This document shows positions 38,621 through 51,487 of a stretch of DNA of 64,000 nucleotides, piece by piece. The notes below the pieces were generated by a model. That model was given only the letters and a program-made list of their open reading frames with translations. It did not search any database and was not told where the DNA came from. Numbering within the stretch: the stretch's first letter is position 1; every line of letters begins with the position of its first letter. A program made the position numbers and the translations under genes. Origin of the DNA: Raillietiella orientalis (taxonomy: Eukaryota); NCBI GenBank assembly GCA_036172245.1, contig JAYWIR010000028.1:1798001-1862000 (forward strand), read 5' to 3'.

Positions 38621-40802
38621 ATTGCGAAATTTCCTAAGTGTGTAAATTACTAGTAATGACATAGCATTTATATCAATGAGAATTGTATGTATCAATAATG
38701 ATAGCATTTATGTTCTCCAGATAGTACCTCAACATTTAAAAAGTTCTCTTAATTTTTTTATGTTGCTCATGGACTTCAAAGTCTGCTGCATATTTATTTG
38801 TGGCTCAATTACTGTTGGCAAACCTCGAGCTTAATTTTTAGGTTCCATTGTTTGGCCTTGATTACTGGATCTTATTAATACTTTAAGGACTGTTTTACTC
38901 CTGTAACTGTTTCCTTGTCTGTTTTCTTTTGTAGAATTCTTTCAGTTATTTCCACATGCTTTTACCATGCTTCCTTTTGAATATGTGGTATAATGAGTTC
39001 TTTGTTAGTTTTATGTGTGCTTTACTTCTCCAAAAGCATGAACGTCATGACCACCCATTATCAGTGGTTTCCTTCTCTAATTGTGAAGAACTTATATGTT
39101 TTTGCAAACGATTCTTTTGATTTCCATGGATTTGTGGTTCGTTAGCTCCATGTATTTGATAATGTATCTCTGAACTAAACCCAACCTTGGTGTAGAACCC
39201 TGCCCTTCAGGTTTCTGTTGTAAGACTTGAGATTTCACTATAGACAGATGTGTTTTTCTAAAATTTTTGTTGTTTGCGTAGTGCTTTAACTTTCTGTTAT
39301 TTTCAAGAAAGAAGCTTCTGACCATGTCTCAGGTCAGCTCTGCATAATCTTTTCAAATTAAATTTGAAGAAAATCTGTAGTAGTAGTGGTGGTAAAACAT
39401 GCAAAGTTGAAGTTTTCAACTCTACATGTTTTCTGCACCAGATCAGAAGTGAACTTCACATCTAAGATATCATCACCAGCAGTTCTGCTTCTTTACTTTA
39501 GGACTCATCGTAGGCAACTTTCTTTGTTCCTCATTCATCTTGCCCTAGTTTATTTCTCTTTTGTTGACTGCGAAAAAGGTTCGTTTTCTTCAGAAAAGAT
39601 CACAGTACCACTTGTCGATGCACAAGCCATTTCATTCTCACATTTCATTATTTCGAATTATGTACCTTGTTATATTCAGTACGGACAACTTGAGTTCCCT
39701 CCAGAAATTTTTCCTGGGCAAAAGTGTCTTCAAGATTCCATCGTCTTAACTGTCGATTGCGGGACTCGTGTACCAGTTTGTTATTCTAAGTAGCATGTGT
39801 TTTTAGCCTTCGAAGCCATGAAATGTGAGTTCATTTAAAATTTCGAAGCATCCTTTCATAAAAGCACTCTGTTATCCAGTTGCAGAAGTAGCCGCAATTA
39901 TGCATTTGTGAATGTGACAAATCGATGCTAAAACCGTAGGTGGTAAACAGTGTCACTACATCCGACTTTCGTATTGTTTGCTTGCATGTTACTTATTATT
40001 AAGTTGGTTTCGAATACAGGTGCTTTAGTATTGGTACACTGATGATCTTAGATGTAATTCTGAAAAACTGTAAAAGTATGAAGTTCCGTCTCCTTTCCAG
40101 TTTGTGCGCAAACATGTTGTTGTCAGAACTGTACCAACGAAATGCTGCATCATTGCATTCAGTACATGCAGCAGTGGCAGGAGTCAAAAGGACCTTGGAT
40201 CGAGCGTGTAGACCACAAAGAATATGTGCTGAAAATACAGCATGCTTGCAGGTAAAGTGGAAATTCCGGAGCTGACATACCAGAAACATTGCTGAACACC
40301 TCAGTCCATCGGACACCTGGTTTCACACAGTGCCGTCCAAAGAATCGTTAGGAGTGTGATTTGACCGAATGTTTTTTGCTGCTGCTCTTAAACGCTCGTT
40401 TTGTTCTAGAAGTAGGCGGTGATCGAATAATTTGACAGGAAATTCAGCCATACATCTCCACTTTTCTGTTTTCCTTGTTTGCTTTCGTTGATTGTTTGGC
40501 TTTTATTTTCGTGCTTCAGAACTTCGGACAGACGCTAAGACAAAAGTTTCAGTGTGCTTCTAAAGAGAGTCCCGTAAGAATTCGGTGGGGAACTTTGGAT
40601 CCACTGTTAACAATAGGCTTTCTCTTGTTCCTATTCCTAGAAGGAAGAGGTGCAGATTTAGAATGGTGGGGCAGTTCGAGGAATGAATCAAAGGGTTTTG
40701 GTAGGGATACTTTGCACAGTGAACATAGGACGCAATAAACCCAGAGACTTCCGTGTTCTACAGAAATGTTATCTTTTGATGTCAGTGAGGAAGCACAGAA
40801 AG

Positions 40803-41620
40803 CCCGCGTCGGAGGCCGTGTGGTTACGGTGGTCTCTGCGTGTGGCACCACGAAGAGTCGCGGGTTCGAATACTCCGAACTGAATCGACGCAGTGCGTCG
40901 TGGGTTCGAGTTCACCCCACAAGATGGCCTGCCACAAGGTGCTGGTTGGCCTACATTCATCCGGGTGTGGCACTGGTAGCTTTTCAAACCGGATGCCCCG
41001 ATGGGGGCCGGGACAAATGGGAGTCGACCTTCGCGTCCTTTCAGCAATCACGGAGTTGGAGCTCCCCTCCGGTTGTGAAGCAGCGGACCCCCATTCCGGG
41101 GGGGACCCCTCCGCGTCGTACTGATGGAGTAGGTGTGTCGCCATCACCTCTCCACAGATTGCAGAGAAGCGCGCCGATCCCTTCGGGGATTCTGCGTCCT
41201 TCTGAATTTCGGAAGCGTCCCTTCTGGGTTCTCTTCAGAGGAGTAAAAGGAGGAGCGGCTCCCTTGCGGGGGACCCCTCCGGAGAAGAAATTCTAGGATC
41301 GGATCCTTTCCGGGTTCCCTTCAGAGAAGAAAGAATGGCGGACCTCCCCAGGGATCCTCCGGAGAGAATAAGGAAGGAGGATTCCCCCCTGGATTCCTCT
41401 TCGGAGACAACCAAGGTGGAGGTGATCTCCATTCCCGGGGATCCCTCCCCAGGCGTGAGAGGAACGGACTCCGAGTCCTTCCTGGATTCATAGGGTGGAC
41501 CCCTCCCGAGGTACCTCCTATCTTGAAGAATTACCCGCCCTCGGGTGGCAGGGAACCGTGTCGAAGAACTGCGAAGACAGAAAGAAGGATTTCCATCATC
41601 CTAGGAAGTGAAGGGGTCCA
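40803..41620 (+). mobile_element. tRNA-headed hairpin-array leader, copy C (most complete), plus first codons of a decayed C2H2 finger
   Basis: A-box aggccgtgtggtta, B-box gggttcgaatac, second gggttcgagttc, then at least 8 hairpin units. GTG at 41558 gives VSKNCEDRKKDFHHPRK*RGP, with C-x2-(C)-x3-F-x5-(L)-x2-(H) spacing. Confidence 0.8.
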
Positions 41621-41989
41621 GCATAACTTGAGCAGTTAGTGGAGATTCTGCTTCATTGATCGGAGCAAAGAGAAGATAACTTGATTTTCGAATGTGGTTT
41701 TGTTTCATCCCTCGTCAGAGCAATCATTGCTACACAGTCAATTCAGCATGTCCCGTCCCCTTGAGAACTGATGTCAGATGTTTCCTTTTCTCGCTTCAGA
41801 ATATCGGTTGCAGTTGGTCATTGCTAGTTTGCGTTTCCCCGCACCGTGGACCCATCGATCTTATCGACTTATTAACGAAGAAATTATCGCAGCCGGATTT
41901 CAGCTCTCCTGCTGGATGACCACACTGCCCTCCTGTCTTGACTGCCTTTCTTTCATTTTTTTTTTGTTTTTGTTTTTGTTGTTGCTGTA

Positions 41990-42440
41990 GAAGAATTGCA
42001 TAAATATTGCTTCGGACCGAGGAACTGGTTCTCTGCCTGAAACACGCAACACGGGTCTATTCTGTTCTTTTTAAACTGCCAGTAGCATTGAATTTGCTGA
42101 CAGCATATGACAGCTCTCTTTTGCGGCAATTTCATTGAGATTGTAATGAGCATGTTGCAGAATGCAACCTAAACTCGAAAGTTTTATTTCACGGAAGGTG
42201 GTGAATGTTTGGAGTCTTTGCTGCCACCTGATATCGTATCTTTCACTTGCTCTTGTCAGTCCGGTTTCAAAGATGACCGAACTTTTTAGATTTAACGTAC
42301 GAACAGCATAAAATAGCGGAAGTTCAACAAGAATAATGTCTGTAAACTTGACAGCACGATTTCTCTGTGTCAAAATGTGTCCATAAATTTCCATGTTTTC
42401 ACTTCGGCTGAAATCCAGCCGTCCCCATTGCGAGTGGATC
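41990..42440 (-). pseudogene. Possible hAT transposase remnant
   Basis: LDFSRSENMEIY (~TDxSxxEQMSI), RYD and CILQHAHYNLN (~CxAHxLNL), in that order. Confidence 0.3.
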
Positions 42441-42614
42441 ACGGCTAGCTCCCAGAAGGAAGAAAAAAAAACATGAGTGGAAAATAGCTAATTATTTTTG
42501 AGCTGATCTGCAGAAACTTTGCGTTCACTAAAGTCATCCATTTCACCCGAGGGTTTTTCAACTTGCCGCAGAATTCACTCAAATTCGATGTGGGCTGCTG
42601 TTTCTCTGATTATG

Positions 42615-42621
<7 letters not shown>

Positions 42622-42658
<37 letters not shown>

Positions 42659-42705
42659 CAGAATCCTATGTATCTATCTGTGTGTGTGTGTGTGTGTGTG
42701 TGTGT
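42622..42705. repeat. (TA)n and (TG)n microsatellites
   Basis: (TA)n at ~42622-42656 and (TG)n at ~42679-42705. Confidence 0.95.
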
Positions 42706-43879
42706 CTGAGCGTTGCCCTTGGAGCTTCATTTCATATCTGATTCATTTCTGTTGGTACAGCTGTTGCTATGAATTCTTCATCATTTCAAAAAGAAAAAAA
42801 AAAAAAAGGCAAGGGAAGCTTGGGATAAATTAACTGTGGAACAGTGTGAATGTGTTTGAAACTCACCCCCGAATCGCTTGCAAGCTTCGACTTATTATTT
42901 CGATCATGTAGGTGTAGGGAAGGATAATACCCAACAACAAGTGAAAACGGAAGCTAAAAACGAAACTGTGCGTATGAATTTGGATTAGCGACACTTTGAC
43001 CCATGGAAGTGAAATTCTGATTTAAGATTTCAGTTGAAATCGGGTTTTGGTTTTGGCATTCTCAGGTGTGCTAGATGAGGATTTTTGAGTAATAGATCGA
43101 AAATTTTTCCAGCTTAGTGGAAATAGGCAATGAAAAATTTCAATGACAGTTTCTCTATGGCTGTTAAGGAAACAGTACGATAAGAAGGTAAACAGAACCC
43201 ACGCGAAATCTGCATTCGTTGTTGGCAAATTCACACAGTCAGTTACAGAGGGCAAAATAAGAAAGTCCAAATATTATCCTTAGAGGCAACCTTATACCGG
43301 CAAAAATATCTGTATGGTTTTTCGAAGTATTTCAGCAGCGTGCGCTGGAGTTTTACTTCCGATCTTCATACGTCTGTCTGGAATGCCTGATCGGTTTTCC
43401 CCGGTTGCCTCAAGAATAGGGGAAAAATCTTTCAACAGTTTCTAAGCAACTGACGTGGTAACCTGGAAAACCGAATCGTAAAGAAACTGTGATCAGGGAA
43501 AAGGAGTTCTATGAAGATCGTGGAGCGCTGCAACCGGGACTGGAGGCGGGTTTCGAATCGGAAATAGAGCAAAGCGTGTAGAAAGTTAAGGTCAAGCAGG
43601 AAAGCTGATGCTGGACTTTCTCTAGTTGAAATAGCGCACAGAGTGAGGAAAGTACAGTAATCATCGGAAAAAGGTTGCATAGGGATAAAGCAAGAGATTC
43701 TCTCTGCGAACAATCGGAGCATCGCTGTACCGAACGTAATCCAATATTTGCAGTTTCTAAACAAAACGGATCTGCTTCTCGGTGTGTGGTCACTCTGTTT
43801 TTTGGAATCGTCGTATTCCATTTGCAAGTAAACGTAAGATTCGTTTTAGCACGATTAGCAGTTCCTGTCCATCTTTGCG

Positions 43880-44620
43880 ACCCATGTTAGTTTGGCCTTC
43901 CTTCATCTCATCCAAGAATTTTCTTTTTAGTGCTCTCTACAGCGCACTGTCATGCCTGTGGACCATTATTAAGAGTTGTCCACGTGTCAAGGATTTGGTT
44001 TCTCCTATGTTTGAGGTGGAGAATCATGGATTCCCCGTTGACAAGTACGTGAAGCACTTCTGCGAATTAGAAGAGTTCACCCATAGTGAGTCTCCACGCA
44101 TTTTCTATTCACCCTTAATACCTGCGTATTAGCAAAATGATTAAGTAGTTCGGTTTTGTGTGTGTGTTTGCTTCTCGAAGGCGTTTGTTTCTAAGCAAAC
44201 ACGCCAAAAAAAAAAAACAAACAGCATCTTCTATTGGAAGATAACTGAGGAAAGATGAAAAAACTTTGACGCACAACCTTAGATGGAGAAGGTATGCAGA
44301 ATAGCTGTCATAGCCGGGCCGTGATCGTATGCCGTACCAATGATTCAGAAAGAAATGGAAGCTTTAGCACGTGTGGAAGTGTTTTCCTGTATTGGGAAGG
44401 AACAACTCGCAGACAGCAGGTCTTCGTTTTTATCTTTGTGAGGACTGTTCTTCCGAGATTGCCGGTTTGAGTTGCATCCATGTCAACGAGTGAAACTTCG
44501 GAGCCATCACTCTGAAAGATTAAGGGATGAACCATTTCCGGTTTTTCAAGACTTTGAAATATCGACAGAGACATTAGTGCTTGAGTTTTTCGATGCAGAA
44601 TTGTCAAGGTGTGACCAGAT
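43880..44620 (-). pseudogene. Possible BEL/Pao LTR retrotransposon pol (RNase H region) remnant
   Basis: IFQSDGSE...RVVPSQYRKTLPHVLKL (~FxDASE...RVAPxKxTxPRLEL), with YLSTGNP (~YVxTxxNPAD) downstream. Confidence 0.35.
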
Positions 44621-47600
44621 GTGGTGTTTAGGCCTCATCTCGTGGACTTGACAACAGCCACTCGTGTCCATTCCAGTTTGAACATGACGCAAAGGCTCTC
44701 AAATGACATACACTCTATTCCATAGTATATGCACAGCCGAAGGTATTCCGTGGGTACGCGCAAAACAGCGCTTTAAAACGGAGGAATCGCGCGAATCGAT
44801 CGTTACGTCAGCTACTTCTGGTACAGAGAAAGAACGAGAGTGTGTGTCTGCTGTGCGCACGGGCCTTTGTGTGTACCGTGTGCGCACTCACAAACCGAGT
44901 GTACGAACTCTGCCACCAAGGCGTCACCTAGGGCACTCTGATCAGTTGGTGCGTGAGAAACTCTACCACATCGGATACCTGGAGCATCCTATTTTTCAAG
45001 ACACTAAGATCAGGAAGTTTTCCAGCAAAAGCTCGCGTCTCTTCGAGCGATCGACGGTTTTCTCTCATCTTCCGAAAGATGGAGAATCCTGTGCTTCCTT
45101 AAACGAGAAGCGTTCGAGTGTGGCTGTGTGACTTGTAAAATTGCACCTTGCAGTTTCGATCGTGCGTGCGGAGATAACGAAATAGCTATATATGAATTCA
45201 AAGTTCCCACGTTCGGTGAACCTATCTCTAAGTGATCTGCATTTGGATTCCTTTTGTCTCGGTTGCACCACGAAGTTCAGCCGCTCAGCATCTTCTCGCC
45301 ACAAAGTCCGAAAGAAAAGTTGCTTGCGCTCCCATCGATGCGGAACTTTTTCATTCCACGGTTTACTGCGAACCACAGTTCTGCACTGTGGATCTCCTCT
45401 GGTGGGAGTCCTTTTTCTCCTTCAGGCTTTTCGCTGTCAAACGAAAGTGCAGTCAGTACCATCTTCGGCACGTACTCGGGAACGCGGGCAGAGCGTGAAT
45501 CATTCGTTCAGTGGAATAGCCACGTCGTTCGAATCCGCACTCTCCGAATTATATGTGGGATATGTAACTGTTTCCATCTTAACAGACATAGTTTATGAGA
45601 AATTTTGAAGATGGGTTTGCTTTCGTGGGCTGCGCAGAAAGCATTGCAGTCAAAAGGTTTAAAAAAAATCTGTGTAAAATCTGCATTCACTGATGGCAAG
45701 CCCGCAGGTTTGTAGTTATAGAGAGCAAAAGAAAAGCGAAAAAATTCTACAATATTGCCCACGAGGGCAACCTTTCGCCTACAGAAATGTTCTTTATCTC
45801 TTTTCGAAGTACTTAGCAGCATACGCTGAACCCTTATTTCTCTTCGGACCGTCATCCTTGTGTTTGGAGATGCGGAATGCCTGATCGATATCTCGGCGAA
45901 TTTGCTCGCTTCGATCGAAGTTAGGATTCAAACATCTATAATTTTTAGCTTTGCAAATTCTGCAGCAGGAAGGATGTCTTCAAGTTCCTTGTCTTCTTCG
46001 CTTGCATATTCTTCGAAGCTGTGGGCTTTTTCAAATGCTCTTTGTTAATCTAAAAGCAGATCCTTACCATTCAGTTCTTCCAGATGCGAGTCGAGCAGCG
46101 CTTTCCAGAGCAATTAAAAAACCAAATCATGAAAAGCGATAGGCATTTTGACAAGCAGCAGCATAGCACAGCGTCAATCGGAACTCTACGAAATTGAGTT
46201 TCCTCTAATCGTCCCTTTGCGTGCAAAGCTCTTTGCTCACGTAAATCCGCATCTTCAATCCCAGCTGAAAGGGCGGTGGTGGTGGTTCACGTGGGATGCG
46301 GCTCGAAATATTTCGAGTCGTCACACATTCTAAGGCCAACACGTAATTCTTATTACATTCGTTGCCTTTCCTTTTACGGGTTCAGCGCCCTGTGCATCGC
46401 CCCGTGTGGCCCCATTTCACCACTGGAAGTCCACTACAGGCCCCCACAGGCGTTTGAAGCAAACGCTCTTCGCAACCCTCGCCCCTTTGGCCTTCTTTTG
46501 TTTTTGCTTTTGCTTTGCCAGCAATCACGCAGGCACCGTTTTCCCTGAGAGCTTCAGAATGCTAACAGTCGTTGGAACCGTTTGGCCTCCATTCTTCAGT
46601 CGAAATCTGAAAGCACGCTGCGCGCTCAGTAAAAGATCACCTATCCGTTTCCGGAGGTGACTCTGGTGTTTCTTAAAATGCCCAAGCTGCCGCAGTCAGG
46701 ATTGTATTCACTTTTCATCTGTTCATTGCGCAACGACCAGTAAAATTCTATCGAAATTCCACTTGGCATTTGATTTCCAGCGAGGTTCGTATCTCGGTGG
46801 TCCGCGGTGTATCTTTTTCGCGAGGCTCGTTTTTGTCCCCGTTTACGCGTATCTTCCTCAGTGCGCCTTGATGCTTGCCCTGACCATTAAGCAAAGCAAA
46901 GTCCGAGCCACATCAAACGTGGATGCAAGGCTTGGCGATGCGTGCCCACATGAAAGTGGGTTCTCAAATGCACAAGGAGGAGTGATCATTTTTGAAAAGT
47001 GTGAAAAAGTCTAGAAAGAATTCCGAAACATATTTTGGAACTTAGGGGTTCTTTCCAAATGAAACTGTGGAGATTCGTATACACACGCACTGATGTCATC
47101 CCTCAAAAGCTAAAAGCCGAAATATCTGTAAGGATCCCTTCACAGCGAAACCAAGATCGGTTTTGTTTAAGGCACCTGGAGTTTGACGTAAGGGGGGGGG
47201 AGGGAGGGAAACTGGAGGATAGAAGGAGACGAGGAGCAAGGGACATCCGTGAATCCTGAGTGTGGAGATCTGTCAAACGTATTCGTATAAGATGCACGTA
47301 TAGGGAAACTGATTCTTCATTAGGCAGTGCCACGGATTTGATTTTGTGGAGTGGTTCTCAAGTGTGGAAGATATCTAATGTGGGTGCTATGCTAGCACGA
47401 TTGTGCAGGCACCTTTTGGCTTGCCTGCTCACTGGAATGAACGGAGGATGGAATTTTTGCACCCACGAAACTTGGTTTCTCGGGGAGATGTCTTGCTGGA
47501 GGATTTGAAAGCTGGGCTATTTTTTTTTTTTTTTTTTGAGTATCATTAACGTGATCAATAAAACTTGCTTTACCACTTCACCCCGGTTCATCAAATCATA

Positions 47601-48149
47601 TGTAAATGTAGGAATCCTAATTTTCATGTATCTTGGCCAGAAAATGTCGATACATATTCGTACTTCGAGTCATCAATGCTCCAAAAATGCATCGAAGTAT
47701 GTTATCCCCTCTCGAAATTTTTTTATATTCACTGCTGATGGATCAGAAATCCTTATTGGATCAGTGTAAAATTACTAATCAACGTTTCCTTTGTGCATGA
47801 GCTCAGTGTAACTTGGGTTATCGATTGGGAGCGAAACAAGTAAGAACATTAAGCTTAAAGTACTTCGAAAGTTTTTTTTTTTTTTTTTTCTTTATAGTTC
47901 CGGTAAACATTGAAAATCAGTAAGCAGATTCGATAGAGAAAACAAGGTTGCTGACTCCATGGATCTTAGCTTATTCGAGGATGCAAATGAAATGAAAATT
48001 AGGAACATTTCCGTGTTGATTAGTAAATGTATGCATGCTTTTCACTGATTTTAATGATTTCCTTTGAGTTGGGAGTCGGAATGTGTTGAGTCTTTCAAAT
48101 GATGGCGCAGCCTAGGGTGAAAGAGCACCACCAGAGATGTCAAAGCACG

Positions 48150-48810
48150 TTGCGTTTTACCCTTCTACTTTTGTGTATGGGTTTCGTTTTAGATTTCTTT
48201 GGATTGCAAAGGAAGTTTGGAGAGTTTCTCTTCTCTTCTGTGGATTGTAACTTTGAAGATTTCACGATTGCCAAAGATACTTAGTGCTGCGGAGGAGAAA
48301 TGCTGGCACGCCTCATGAGCGCGATATGGGCAGTCCCTTTTATTTATGGGCAGTTTACGCAGTATGATGATACTCGCGTGTTGAGCGCACAGGCGATCGG
48401 TGTACATCCAAGTGCCACTTCAATTTTGAAAATCCCTTCAGAAAGGCAAATAGGGACTGTGCTGATTTTCCCTTCGATAGGTATGGGACGTGTAGGGAAG
48501 TGGCTCGATCACAGCAAAACTTGTGTCAAAAGTGAAAAGTGTGTTCTTTTTCTTCCGCTGTGCGTTGGCACCGGAAATGAGGCCTTGTGTAAAGGTGCTT
48601 GGGAACCACGCCTTTTTTCCAGGAGAACGGCTGCAAGCAATCTACGTAGCATGCAGCTAACCGTACACGCAGTTGACATCGAGTCACTCGAGAAAGTAAA
48701 TAATAAGGATCTGTCGGCTGATTCGTGGTCCAATGTAATGTATTGGAGCAACACCACCAATGTCTGCGGATTCAGGATGTCTTCGAACCACCTTAGTCAT
48801 AATGTGATTC
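48150..48810 (-). pseudogene. Possible Polinton/Maverick protein-primed DNA polymerase B remnant
   Basis: IYFLE*LDVNCVYG (~YxDxNSLYG) followed by GIFKIEVAL (~GFILEVDL). Confidence 0.3.
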
Positions 48811-49300
48811 ACGAATCTGCATTAGGAAGTTTTCAGTGGGTTTTCCCTGTTGTTTTGGCAGTTTTCCCGTGTAGGCGCCACGTCCAGGGTTTTTTTTTTT
48901 TTTTTTTTTTTCTTTTAATTCCCAGCAGTAAAGGCAGCGGATAAATTTCCATCTTCAGAGAAATGGAATTTTATCACCCTAAGCATAAAATGCCCTGATC
49001 GTCACTTGCGTTTGATAATAGTCTTCAGCACTTTGTGGTTAAATGGGTTTATTCAGATTTATCTGCTGGTGAAGAATTCGACCATTCGGGTGTCTTGTGA
49101 ACCAAACGAAAGGATTTACTTTTTATATGTCACCTCTGGAGCATGCAGGACTTTATGGAGATTTTGGGGAGTCTGAATATCCAGTCAATCCATAACCGTT
49201 CCATTTCGTGTTTATGGTGTGGATTGGCTTAATGAATTCTCTTTTCATACTTACTTTGCGAAATGATGGTAAGCAGTTTCCCCTTGATATTCTTCGGTTT

Positions 49301-51487
49301 CGTAAAAGCGTGCAAGACCTCACTCGCGAGACCAGAAGCAAGGAAGAACTTTTACTCACTCCACCACAGCAACTGCAACTCTTCTCGGTGAGCGTAAAAC
49401 CGATGGCACGGCAACGGAATGAATTCGCGGCAGCATATAAGCGTAGCGCATGTGAGAATGACGGATCATAAACGGGCCAAAAAAATAAATAAATGAATTT
49501 GGTACATGGGATTTGAGGAATATTGGCACAATCTCATCCTTGTTGAGATGAAATTTTCAGTGAACTCCCGCTTAGATCTAGATTTTTGAATAACAGATTT
49601 AAAAAAATTCCCCCGCTCAATAGAAACAGGCAACCACGTGTTAAAGATACTTCAGAGCTGTGAATTGTAAGCATCCATATCATTTGAAAAGTCGTAAAGC
49701 TGAAGTCTTATGCTTCGATGGGCATCAAACTTCCCTCGGAAAGGTTTTGTGCTCATTTCTGAAATTCATCTCTGCAGGGCAAATCATCTGATAGTATGCT
49801 CGGACGCGAAATCCGGCAATACGCAGTCTTCTGGACACTTCATATTCTTGTGCGTGTGCGACCACCGTATCACTCCCATGCTCGAGTATCCATCGATTTA
49901 CTCACCAGATAAACCTGTTTAGCGAATTCGTACTTGCCCGTAGGGCATCATTACGCGATCGTTCGTGGATGCTCGATTTTTTGGTAATCTCTCGAGCATT
50001 GTGCCGAATTTGTGAGAATCAGACAGGCATTTTCATGGCAGAGGACAGATTCAAGCTGTGCGCGGAGTCCCAACGTACGAAAAGAAGCGTCCGGATCAAG
50101 TTCACGCTTGTCTGCCATTTTCGGGAAACCGATGCTCCTCGCACCGGATGAGCCCTTGCGAAGCAGCACGGAGGAAAGCAGTGGGAGACACTTCTGTGGC
50201 CTTCCCGTTCCGTCGTCCCGCAGGCAGCTTCAAGCTCCTGTAAACTTCACAGCTAGCCGTCAGGGCTTACGTGCCAACTAGAAAGCGGAACTGCACGAGC
50301 TCTTGGGAAGCTGATGGCGCGCTCCTGGTGAAGACGCGGGCATTCACAGATTGGCATTTTTTTCCCGGTTCGACTGAGAAGGAAGAACTTCAGGGTTTAG
50401 TTGTCTAATGGTTGGCTCTCTTGGTGTGCAACTCCGTTGGCTCCCGTTCGGACGACTCATCCGAGTCGCCGGTTTTCTCTCTCTTAGAAGTGCTTCAAAC
50501 CACGGCAATGTGTTCTTAATGATGTTCGACATCATCGCGGTTGCTACGGGGTTACTTCAGTGAACCTTGCGAAATGAATTTGAAATGTATTCCGATGGTG
50601 GAACTTTTCTACCTTGATTGATTGACATTCCATTTTTTCCGCTGTCGCTGTCACCTCTGATGTTCCCTTTTCGAGGTGTATTCATTCCCTCGTTTGCTTT
50701 CTGACCGAGTAAATCATGTCAGTTCCCTTGCATTCCTGTGTTTTCCAGTCTGCTCATGGTAATAGTTTTGCTCGCTACCCTCTTTGCATGCCCCACTGAT
50801 TCTCAATGAGCCTTGTTCTAGAGATAGCTCAGCTTTTCCATGGAGAAGCCTTTGCCTTCTATGAAAAGCGTAATCTGTGGTTTCTATCTCAGCAGTTTTC
50901 CATTATTCCCTTTGGCGCAGCAAGTGAGAATACAGAAAGTCTCAGAATTCGTTTCTCCGTCTGAGATCCCCAAAGGTGAAGCTTCGAGCTTTTTCTTTTT
51001 TCTCTTCGATTGCAAGTTGTACAGCTGCTTGAAACTTTGCTGCGTCCGCTTTTTTTTCTTTTTTGTTTCATGTCGCTTCTTTTTCGCTTCTTTCCTCGAT
51101 CTTCAAGTCGTGCTGCTGCCGGTGGTAACCCTGTGATCGTTCGAGACATCAAAACTTTGTCGGATAGCTAATGTGAATCAGGGAATGTCTGCGTGATAAT
51201 TTGTGGTGCTCTTTTGATTGTATTCGGATTGGTTATTCATAATCCTTTCCTATATGACAGTAGGTTGTGGCATCCCGGCTTAGTCGGTTCTTTCTGTGCT
51301 GCAACATTCAGATGCCAATATTCGTCGAATCCTATGCACCAAATTTATTTTTATGTTTATTTTTTTTTTTTTTTTTTTTGCTCGTTTTTTTTTTACGCTC
51401 ACCGAGACGAGTTGCAGTTGCTGTGGTGCAGTGAGTAAAAGTTCTTCCGTGTTTCCGGTCTCATGGGTGAGGTCTTGCATGCTTACA
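49301..51487. mobile_element. Candidate DNA transposon with ~170-230 bp terminal inverted repeats
   Basis: 49301-49528 is the reverse complement (with one indel) of 51313-51487, e.g. gaagaacttttactcact..accacagcaactgcaactc..ctcggtgagcgtaaaa. The right end reads ...gcttaca. Confidence 0.55.

Noticed and set aside
40803..40880. Functional tRNA gene (also 3811, 15915, 451)
   Set aside because: The acceptor and anticodon stems do not close into a cloverleaf, and no poly-T terminator follows.
40960..41135. HDV-like or hammerhead ribozyme in the leader
   Set aside because: I could not assemble P1/P1.1/P3 consistently across copies. ctgatgga at ~41121 is not the CUGAnGA core and is not conserved in copies A and B. 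A covariance search would still be worthwhile.
41075..41520. CRISPR-like repeat-spacer array
   Set aside because: Units are degenerate rather than identical, linkers are short and similar to each other, there are no cas genes, and the context is eukaryotic TEs.
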